Assembly: GCA_963555995.3 (NCBI GenBank)
Contig: OY821641.1
Location: 2,976,001 to 3,040,000 of the forward strand
Source of the DNA: Vicinamibacteria bacterium
GTDB lineage: Bacteria; Acidobacteriota; Vicinamibacteria; Marinacidobacterales; Marinacidobacteraceae
DNA length: 64,000 nt
Reading direction: 5' to 3'
How positions within the stretch are numbered: position 1 is the first letter of the stretch; each line of letters starts with the position of its first letter. Position numbers and translations under genes: made by a program. The notes beneath the pieces are model-generated. The model was not told where the DNA came from, did not search any database, and saw only the letters and a list, made by a program, of their open reading frames with translations. This document shows, in pieces, positions 48,716-57,256 of the stretch.

Positions 48716-50344
48716 TCAGTTCGACACCGTGATGCCAGCATGGCGTCGCGTCTCCTCCCGCAACTCCTCTTCCGTCTTGATCGCGTCGCTCTTGAGCTTC
48801 GTCTCCGCTTCCTGCTGGGTGGTCAGATCCTTGCCGTACATGGTCAGCAGTCCGTCCTCGCTCAGGTGGAAGCGGACGATCAACGGGGAATTGCTCGGCA
48901 GCTCCCTTGCGAAGGTGATGTGGGCTTCTCCGACCACGTCGTTTTCGGGATCGAAGTCCACGGTACCACGCTCGCGCTCAACGTTCTCGACGCACCGAAG
49001 GCGGACTCCGTTTCCTGCGTGGGCGGTGGAATACTTCTTCTCCGTCTCCATCGGAACCTGATCGTCCACCAGGATGAGGTTGTCGCACATGGTTTTTCCG
49101 CCCCCCACGTTGACAACCACGCCGAAGCTCTTGGAGGTGACGTTCTTGATCTCGGTTTCCGTCACGCGCCGGGTGACCGCCAGCGAGACGCCGCTCTCGC
49201 GAGACACCTGCTCTACGGCCTGATCGTGGCGGAAACCACGCTTGATCAAGTCGTCAATGGACTCGCCCAGCGCGAACTTCAGACCCATGAGCGCCGCTCC
49301 CTTGGCGACGACCTCGTCGGGATCGAAGGACTGGATTTCGAAATCGGGAAACCGCCGCTGCAGAGCCGCCTTCACCTGCGGCATGTGCGTGGAGCCGCCG
49401 ACCAGGAGCACCTTGTCAATCCGCGAATGGCCCTTTTCCCGAGCGACTTCCAGCAACTCCTCGGTGAGCATCAGGGTGTTTTCCAGCAAACCCTCGGTCA
49501 ACTCGACGAACGTGTCACGGGTGAGTTCCACCTTCGCGCGGGTCGTGTCGTGGTACAGGATCGTTCGGACCTTCTCCTTGCTGCTCAGGCCGACTTTCGC
49601 GATCTCCGCTTCCAGCAGCACCTTCTCCCGGGTCTCCGGGTTCTCCTTCACCTCGTCCTTCGACACGCCCGCGGCATTGGCCAACTGCTTGAAGAACCAC
49701 TCCGCGAGAGCCTCGTCCCAGTTCTTGCCGCCGAGGTAATGGTCCCCGCCGGTGCAGACGACCGAGATGTCCTTCTCCTTGACGTCGAGCACCGTGATGT
49801 CGAAGGTGCCTCCGCCAAGGTCGTAAACGAGGATGGTCTGGTCATCGGAAGCTTCCAGCATGCCGAACGCCACCGCGGCCGCGGTGGGCTCCGGAATGAC
49901 GTAGCGCACGTTGAGGCCCGCAATCGTTCCCGCCTGCTTCGTCGCCTCCTTCTGGGCCACGCCGAAGTAGGCCGGGCAGGTGACCACCACATCCTCGACT
50001 TTGTCGGTCGTGATGGTGCGCGCGTCCTGAACCAGGCGTTTGAGGATGTGGGACGAGACGACGGTCGGGTCCACCTCCTCGCCGTGCATGACCCTTTTCC
50101 ACTCGGGATCGCCCATGTGGCGCTTCACCGTGGCGACTACGAGATCCGGACTCAGCGGGGCCTCCGCCTTGGCCGACTTGCCGACGGCCACGTTGTCCGC
50201 GGACTCGAAATAGACGACGGACGGGGTGGTGCGATCGTTTTCGGAGTTCGGGACCACCACCGGCTTGCCGTGTTCGTCCACGTGGGCGACGCACGAATAC
50301 GTGGTTCCGAGGTCAATCCCGTAAACCCTCTTGGGCGCACTCAT
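48716..50344 (-). CDS. Atypical Hsp70 family protein A (no alpha-helical lid)
   Basis: Same motifs as protein B. AAGGAG RBS before MSAPKRV at 50344. Confidence 0.93.
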   Translation of the reverse strand: MSAPKRVYGIDLGTTYSCVAHVDEHGKPVVVPNSENDRTTPSVVYFESADNVAVGKSAKAEAPLSPDLVVATVKRHMGDPEWKRVMHGEEVDPTVVSSHILKRLVQDARTITTDKVEDVVVTCPAYFGVAQKEATKQAGTIAGLNVRYVIPEPTAAAVAFGMLEASDDQTILVYDLGGGTFDITVLDVKEKDISVVCTGGDHYLGGKNWDEALAEWFFKQLANAAGVSKDEVKENPETREKVLLEAEIAKVGLSSKEKVRTILYHDTTRAKVELTRDTFVELTEGLLENTLMLTEELLEVAREKGHSRIDKVLLVGGSTHMPQVKAALQRRFPDFEIQSFDPDEVVAKGAALMGLKFALGESIDDLIKRGFRHDQAVEQVSRESGVSLAVTRRVTETEIKNVTSKSFGVVVNVGGGKTMCDNLILVDDQVPMETEKKYSTAHAGNGVRLRCVENVERERGTVDFDPENDVVGEAHITFARELPSNSPLIVRFHLSEDGLLTMYGKDLTTQQEAETKLKSDAIKTEEELREETRRHAGITVSN

Positions 50345-50444
50345 GTTCGTTTCTCCTTTGGGTCCCCATCGGTTGAGGGGTTCGGATGCTGGGTTCTCGT
50401 CGCGATCCGCGTCCCACACTCTTGCGTCGTTTCCGGAAGGTTCC

Positions 50445-51308
50445 TCACTTCGGCCTCTCGAATCGGTACACGGCGACCTTGGCCGTCTCCATGACTTGCC
50501 CGTTCCACACGAAGCCGAGCTGGAGGCACTCGTGGACGGTCCGGTCCTGATCCTTCTCGTGCGTCGGCCTCACGCTCACGATCGTCTGCATGCGGGCATC
50601 GAACGGTTCGCCGGGCTCCGGACGATGGGGATCGAGACCGAAGTTCTCTAGCAGAACCTCCATGTCCTCCTGGAAGTTCGCCAGGAGATCGAGCGCCCGC
50701 TCGGGGGTGAGTTCCTCAGGCTTCCTGCTCCAGGCGGCGGCCTGCTTCCCCATGTCGCGCTGAAGACTCAGCACGGCGCGGACCAACGGTCGAACGGCCT
50801 TCCCGAGGAGGTCGCGCTTGAACTCCTCGTTTTCCTTGTGGAGGGTGTCAATCGTCTGCTGTTTGGTCGCGTCGTAACGCAGCTTGGCCTCGAACTCGTT
50901 GAGGATCCTGCCGAGCAGCGCTTCCATCGAGACGAGACGCTCATTGAGTCGCTCTTGGGCAGCGTCGCCATTCGTCGCCTCGCTCCCGTCGGACGTGGCC
51001 GACCCGGCGGCCGGGACGGAGCGCTGCGCGCGAGCGCCGCCCGTATCGGGGGCGGTTGGCGGACATGTGCTCTCGGCAGGCTTTTCGGGTTGGTCAGGGC
51101 CGGCTCCGGTTGCCGGGCCGCCGCCATCCCCGGCGGCGTCGCCGGCCCCCGCTGGAACAGGCGTCTCGCCCGGGGCATCGAGCTCGGCGGCGGAGTTCTC
51201 AGGCGCAGAATGAGGCAACGTTTCGATTGCCGGCGGTTGTTCTGCTCCGGCGGAGGCCGGACCCATGGCCGGGGTATCGTTCCGTCGCCGGTTCAACCAA
51301 CCCATCAC
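50445..51308 (-). CDS. grpE: GrpE-like nucleotide exchange factor with disordered N-terminus
   Basis: Coiled coil, then PGEPFD...V.E..Q.GF..NGQV...AKVAV; adjacent to the Hsp70 genes. Confidence 0.85.
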   Translation of the reverse strand: MMGWLNRRRNDTPAMGPASAGAEQPPAIETLPHSAPENSAAELDAPGETPVPAGAGDAAGDGGGPATGAGPDQPEKPAESTCPPTAPDTGGARAQRSVPAAGSATSDGSEATNGDAAQERLNERLVSMEALLGRILNEFEAKLRYDATKQQTIDTLHKENEEFKRDLLGKAVRPLVRAVLSLQRDMGKQAAAWSRKPEELTPERALDLLANFQEDMEVLLENFGLDPHRPEPGEPFDARMQTIVSVRPTHEKDQDRTVHECLQLGFVWNGQVMETAKVAVYRFERPK

Positions 51309-51376
51309 CAGGGGATCCTCACGCCGGCCGAGGGGCTCGGCCGGTGGACGCCAACAGCGAACTCAACTCGACCGGT

Positions 51377-51523
51377 GTCGAGTCGGTACTTGCCCTCCAG
51401 GGTAGTGCCGACACGGTGGTCGTATTCGTCATCCGGCGGACCCTCGGCGCCTCGCTCGGCTCCCCACCAGACGCAAGGCCCCGTGCCGCCATTCATCCGC
51501 CTACCGCAGTCTCTACAGATCAT
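51377..51523 (-). pseudogene. 5' remnant of a Ser/Thr kinase paralog
   Basis: MICRDCGRR..GPCVWWGAE..GTTLEGKYRLD matches the first 49 aa of 36386-38818. The frame continues to a TGA overlapping the grpE ATG. Confidence 0.8.
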
Positions 51524-51610
51524 TGCCAACTGTTGGGCTGGCAACATTATCATTATTTTTCTCTCGATTGCCACCGGCGGTCCCGCGCACTCCGGCGGGC
51601 TCGCCAGCGG

Positions 51611-51647
51611 CTAACTGGCTGTGGCCAAACCCAGGTGAGCGCCGAGA
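51611..51647. mobile_element. Degenerate left end of the 179-bp MITE family
   Basis: CTAA-CTGGCTGTGGCCAAACCCAGGTGAGCGCCGAGA resembles CTAG-CAGCCTGTGGTGAAACCCCCGTGAGCGCCGAGA. Confidence 0.5.
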
Positions 51648-51838
51648 CCCCCACCGGGAGAAATGCCCATGATCGGGACTTTCCGCACAACCCGCCGGGC
51701 ATGAAAATGGCTGGAGCGCCGATCTTCAGATCTGAAGACCGGCGCTTCAGGCTGGGACTGCCATCAGGACGGCCAGCGGCTTGCCAAGACACGCTGCGGT
51801 TCTAACTGTCCACCTTCGCCATGATCCTGTTCCGGGGG

Positions 51839-52227
51839 CTGCAGGAGGCGCTGCGCAACACCCGGCTGGCCGTGGCCGGCGCAGAACCGATCCGGCTCCG
51901 CCTGCTGAAGATCGGAGTTCTGGTCCGGATATCGGTGCGGCGCGTCCGCCTCGCCATGTCCTCCGCCTGCCCCGACCAGGACTGTTCCGCCTCGCCTGCG
52001 AACGCCTGAACCGCACCTCAGGCCCGCCACACGGCCGCCCCCCCGAGAGGCGGCGCCCTGTGCCCAAAGGTGCTCGTCACCCCGGATGAGCGAGCCCAGC
52101 CCCCCCAGCGGATACCGCATCCGACCCGACGCCTACCTCCGCACTCGTGCCAAACGGTGCCGCCCGCTCCCCACGCCTCCCGAAACCTCCAATTCCGCCG
52201 TCCCGCCAGCAGTATGAGAAGTCCGGG
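51839..52227 (+). mobile_element. IS1380-family remnant (transposase C-terminus and right end)
   Basis: LRNTRLAVA...IRLRLLKIG..VRISVRRV...MSSACP resembles IS1380 transposase C-termini. ATGAGAAGTCCGGG is a plausible terminal repeat. Confidence 0.65.
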
Positions 52228-52289
52228 TTAGAGAGCCCTCCCACGAGCGGCCGGACAGTTCGGGGCGCGGTTCTTCGGCGACCGCTGGG

Positions 52290-52490
52290 TGTCAATGGGC
52301 TCCGAAAATGTCCCACTTTTGGGTTTCTGGCGGGCCGGGAGTTGAGTAACGGGGCTGATGGGGGGAGTTTTGACCGGTCGGCAGCCGCGGACGGAGTGAA
52401 CGTAGGGGGCCGAGCGAACGGAGCTCCGCGGCTGCCGACCGAGTCTCACCTTGATTGTCGCTGGCGTCTCACCCTGATTGACGCGCCACA
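52290..52490. mobile_element. Non-autonomous TG...CA element built from IS-like ends
   Basis: Starts TGTCAATGGGCTCCGAAAATGTCCCACTTTTGG (IS21-like). Ends with tandem GTCTCACC(T/C)TGATTG repeats before CCACA. No TSD seen. Confidence 0.35.
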
Positions 52491-52699
52491 GGTTCCAAGC
52501 TGTCCGCCACTTTTGGTGACCAGCGGGGTGCGCAGGAGGACCGATCATGGGGGTTTCTCCCGGTGGGGGTTCCAAGCCGACGGGGAGTTCAGCCGGAAGA
52601 CCCGGAACCTCGCGGCGTTCAAGGTGGAGCGGGCCTGGGCGTCGGTGCCGGCGCCAGCCCGCTGCCGGGACGTCACGCAGCAGTGGCTCCCCGACGCTA

Positions 52700-52785
52700 T
52701 CCCGACCGGACCTGACTGAGCAGCGACAACAGCGAATCCCCCGTCAGCGAGTCCACCTCGTCCAGCAGCAGCACCAGCGGACGCG
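52700..52785 (-). pseudogene. Fragment of an AAA/P-loop ATPase (Walker B region)
   Basis: [28 protein letters not shown]. Confidence 0.5.
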
Positions 52786-52952
52786 GACGGCTGCGGCGGT
52801 GGCCTATGGACTGCTGGAGACGGGCGGCGACGAGACGATCCTGGTCTATGACCTCGGCGGCGGCACGTTCGACATCACCGTGCTCGACATCAAGGCGGGC
52901 TCCATCGCGGTCGTGTGCACCGGTGGGGATCACAATCTGGGCGGCAGGAACT
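52786..52952 (+). pseudogene. Internal fragment of Hsp70 B
   Basis: [29 protein letters not shown]...GGRN, near-identical to about 47999-48165 in inverted orientation. Confidence 0.9.
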
Positions 52953-54174
52953 CACCTCCTCGGACCGCGTGGCCATTGTGGACTTCGACCACGTGGCGAG
53001 GGTTCACTTGCCGCTCACCTCGCTTGCCGACGAACGGGCGCGGTCCCGGGTCGAATCCGCAATTGACGAGGTGGACAGTGACGGCGGCACCGATCTCGGG
53101 GCAGGGCTCGCCGCCAGCTTCGCCGAGTTGCAGCGGGCGTCCGCCAGCGAGGGGCGCGATCGGCATGTGATCTTCCTCACCGACGGTGTAGGGCAATACT
53201 CACCAGAGGTGCTCGAAGCCGGAATCGCTGCGAAAGCAACCGTTCATACGGTGGGTCTCGGCGATGGAGTGGATGCGGCTCTGCTCACGGCGATCGCCAC
53301 CGCTACCGGAGCGTCGTACTACGCGGTGAGCGATGCCTCCGATCTGGTGGACGTCTTCGAGAGCGTCTTCGACCAGCAGTTGGCCATGAACGCGGTCGCG
53401 GCGGGCGGCGAGCGGGGAGAACTCCTGACGTCGGGCTGGCTGCTGCTGGTGGTGCGCACCCTGAGTTGGGGGGTCATGGGTCTGCTCATCGGCATGGGGC
53501 AGGGGTTGGCGTACAACACCCGGGAGGACTTCCGGGCCTGCGCCTTTGGAGGGCTCGCCGGCGGGCTGGCCGGTGGCGCGCTGTTCAACCCGGTCAGCCA
53601 ACTTGCCGTTCTGGGCTCGGGCCTCTCGGCACGAGCGGTCGCGGACGTGATCGTGGGCGCGACCATCGGTGGCTCGATGAGGATTGCGCAGACCACGCTG
53701 GCCGAGTCCGACAACCCGAAGACCACGATGCTCACGATTCTGCCGGAGCCCCCTCGGGATGCCGGATTGAGGGCTGACGGATCCGGAAACACGAGGCTCG
53801 AAGACCGGGGCGCGAGCCATCTGGGGCTACGGGATTTCCTCCGTCACGGATTCGGGAAGAGCCGAGGGAGTTCGGCCGCGCCCGGAGCAGCCGTGTCCGG
53901 CGCCGGGACCACCGGACGAAAGGTGGAGGAAATCTTCCGGGGGCTGACGGCCCTGGGCGAGCGGGATCACTATTCCTTCCTCGGCGCGGATCGGAGTTGG
54001 ACGCTGGCGCAGCTCCAGAAGACGTGCCGCGAGATCCATTTGGCGCGGATGAAGCAGAAGGACGACGCCCGGATGAAACTTGCCGGGAAGATCAGGCAGC
54101 GTCTTGTCACCGAAAAAGACCGCAAGGAATTGGACGAACTGATCGAGAAGTACCATGAAACCAGTCGCGACTGA
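52946..54174 (+). pseudogene. N-terminally truncated vWA - multi-TM - HPD-less J-like protein
   Basis: [19 protein letters not shown] and VHTVGLG vWA motifs without the DxSxS strand; Gly-rich TM helices; C-terminal DHYSFLG domain. Confidence 0.75.
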
Positions 54175-54209
54175 CGGGGGAAGGGAGTTCCCGCAAATCT
54201 GAGGAAGCC

Positions 54210-56158
54210 ATGTCCGGCGGCGAGAACACGAGACTCCAGGTAGAGCGGATCTACCGGGAACTTCGTGCGCTGGGCGAGGAGGATCACTATTCGTTTCTCG
54301 GCGCCGCGAGGGGTTGCCCGAAGGACGACCTCTGGAACCGGTGCGGGGAGGTTTACAAAGAGAGCAGGAAGGCTCGGGCTGACGACCGGAAGACCCTTGC
54401 CGGCAAGCTCCGGAAGTACTTCCGCACCGAGGAGAGCCGCAGCAAGTTCGATGCGCTGATCGAGAAGTGCCGTCAGGAAGAACACGCCGCGGCGGCACGT
54501 GGAGCAGCGGACGCCCGACGGGCCAGGGCGGAGGAGGAGCGGCGGGCTTGGGATGCCGGCGGTACGCGGCTTGGCAGGTGGCGCCGCCGGAGCGCCCTCG
54601 CGACGACGGTGTTGCTCGGGGTCTGGGTCGTGCGGAGCTGCCTTTCCGGCGACCAGGCTTCGGGCCCGCAGATGGCCAACGATCACCCGTGCGGTCAGGC
54701 GGGCGGGACCCTCGTGCAGGCCGGCTCCTCCACACCCGGTCGCCTGGACCAGCCCAACGAGCAGGACTGTTTCGTCGTCGAGGTTCCCGGCGGGTCCACC
54801 TTGACGCTCGAGACCTCCGGAACTACGGACACCATGGGTGTACTTCGCGGAAACGGAGTGGAAGCCAGAGACGATGACGGCGGTTCGGACGCCAACTTCA
54901 GGATTTCGGAGCGCGTGTCCGCTGGCACGGATTTCCTTGCCGTGGTCGGCTACGACGGAACAGCAACGGGCGACTACGCGCTGAGCGTCCAGGTGGCTCC
55001 CGATTCCGCCGCGGCTCCTGCTCCCGTCGCTCCCGCGCCTGATTCTGCCCGTCCCGCGCCGACCCCGACGGTGCGCCGACCGACCGCTCCCGAACCCGCC
55101 CCAGCGTCCCCGGCGCCCACCGTCTCGAATCCGCCCGCCAGCAGGCCGGCGCCGGCGTCGGCCCGTGAGGGCAGCTTGACGATTCGGGCGCTGCCGGGGA
55201 GCGCCGTGCAACTGGACGGCGTGGACGCCGGAACGACGGACGACTCGGGCATCCTCGGCCTGCCGGGGCTCCAGGCCGGCCGGCACCTGCTGGTGGTCCG
55301 GAAGGAGGGCTACGCCGACGCCCAGGCCACCGTAAGCGTGGTCGCGGGCCAGTCGGAGGTGGTGGAACTGTCGCCGGTCGCGTTGTCGGGGGCGCTCACG
55401 GTCACCGCCAATGTCCCGGACGTGACGGTGCAGATCGAGGGCGTCGGCGAGTACAGCCTGCCGGTGACGGGACTGGAGGTCCTGGCCGGACTGCGGCGGG
55501 TGGCGGCGAGCAGACCGGGATTCCTCCCCGTCGAGGACGCCGTCGAAGTCCGTGGCGGAGAAGCGGCGACACTGGAACTCGTGCTGGAACGCGTCCCCGT
55601 GGAGGTGGCCCTGCGGGAGGCCCAGAGTCTCTTCAACGTGCGGCAGTATCGGGACGCGGCCCGCGCCGCCGAGGCGGTCGTGACCGAAAACGGCGATGCC
55701 GGAGAGGCGTATCTCCTGCTCGGGAAATCGGTGTACGAGTTGGGAAGACTCGAGGACAGCGCGAACTTTCTGGGACGGGCCATCGAGCTCGGCCAGGCAG
55801 TCGAGCTGCCCGCGAAGCACCGGCATGGCGGTTTGGGGCTTCGAGCCGGTTTCTGTGAGGGCGTGATCGCCGTGAGCCGGAGCGTGGTCACCTACCGGTC
55901 AGCACAGGGACTGGACCACAGCTTCGTCACCACCCCGGACCGGATCCGTGCGGTCACCTTCCGGGATGACCGGATCGCCATGAGGATCGCGGTCCTCGAA
56001 GGCAATCGGGAGCGGGAGCGCAACTTCGACTTCATCCATCCGGACGCCGTGCAGCGGTCGGCGGACGAACGGGGTTGAGGACCGAGCTCTACTGCCGGCG
56101 CTGCGATGCGTCGTTGACGGTGCTCCTCGCGCTGCTGCAAAGCGCCCGCGGGTTCTGA
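54210..56158 (+). CDS. HPD-less J-like, TM, PPC, two PEGA, TPR-like protein (right copy, frameshift near 56070)
   Basis: Paralog of 44764-46770. A missing base causes a stop at 56078; the last ~26 aa (ELYCRRC...RGF*) continue in another frame to 56158. Confidence 0.75.
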
Positions 56159-56368
56159 CGGGCTGTGACAACATCCACGCAACACGGTTCTCCCAGTGGC
56201 GGCTTCGGCGCTCGCGCGGGTTTCACCACCGGCTGTACAACCATCCCTCATGCGGACGGACAGTTCGGGTCGCGGGCCGTGTTGACCGCTGGGCCGCGTC
56301 GGGCGGCAGGTCGCTCGTGGCTGATGCAGCTCGGCTTCCGTGATTTGTTCTGACCAGGAAGGAGTGCC

Positions 56369-56905
56369 TTGACCGAGGAGAATCGGAACCTGACAGCGGC
56401 GGCGCAGCGCTGGGCCGAGCTGAGGTCCCGGATCGCCACCTACAGAAGAGAGCCCTTGGCGGTCGTCAAGGCCGATGCGGCCGCGGCCGTTTCCGAGGCT
56501 TGGTCCAGGTTCCTGAAGCTTGGCTTCATGAGCAAGCTGTGGGTCGTGTGGGTGGCATTCGTCGTCAGCTACTGCCTGTTGTTGGTGGTCGGGCGCGGTG
56601 TTTTCGACCTTGGCAATTGGGTGGAGTCCCTGTTCCTCGTGGGCGGGTTGGCCATCTTCCCTCGTTGGTACTCTGTCCGGCACCTTTCCTCGAGAGGTGC
56701 CGGCCTGCACATCCTGAGTAGGCTGTGGGTCGTGTGGGTGGTGTTCGTCGTCAACAACGGCCTGTTCTTCGTGATCTTGGGAGATGGTGTTTTCGCCTTG
56801 ACAAGTTGGGTGTTTTTCCTGGGCTTCGTGGGGGCTCTGGTGGTCCTCCCTCGTTTGTTCTACTTTTGGCTCTTTCCGTGGAAGCTCTTGACTCGAAAAT
56901 CGTGA
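56369..56905 (+). CDS. Four-TM membrane protein, paralog of 43560-44540 without Zn ribbons
   Basis: Shares QRWAE.RS.IA, EAWS.F.KLGF.SKLWV and VLPRL. An out-of-frame IVKRRSCGA relic follows. Confidence 0.7.
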   Translation: MTEENRNLTAAAQRWAELRSRIATYRREPLAVVKADAAAAVSEAWSRFLKLGFMSKLWVVWVAFVVSYCLLLVVGRGVFDLGNWVESLFLVGGLAIFPRWYSVRHLSSRGAGLHILSRLWVVWVVFVVNNGLFFVILGDGVFALTSWVFFLGFVGALVVLPRLFYFWLFPWKLLTRKS

Positions 56906-57256
56906 AGCGCCGGAGTTGCGGCGCGATGAAGCCCTTCCGCCTCGCTCCGCTCGGCGGTGCCGGCCCCCACCGGGAGGACTGGCCGGAGGTCGGCGTTCCA
57001 AGCCGGGGGTGTCACCTCCGCCCTTGAGGTCCGCGCCGGGACGGGCATCATCTTGGCTGCGTCGGGTTGGGACGTGCGCAGCGCGGAGCGCTGCGCGTGC
57101 AGGTCTGGAGACCGGCGTTCCAAGCCGTACGTGCCACAGGGCGGGTCTGGCTCTTCACGGCCGCGGGGATTCCCGGGTACCTTTGTGTCTTGAGACATGA
57201 CGCGGAACGTGCCTCCGCGGTATCCCCGGTTCCCATCCCTCCGGAGGACGACTCCC

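Noticed and set aside
46988-50344. Calling these genes housekeeping dnaK
   Set aside because: Too short, no lid, altered linker and J-interface, no canonical dnaJ or hrcA, accessory context.
44764-56158. Diversity-generating retroelement or recombinase-driven shufflon
   Set aside because: No reverse transcriptase or site-specific recombinase, no evident adenine-specific variation, no short crossover sites seen.
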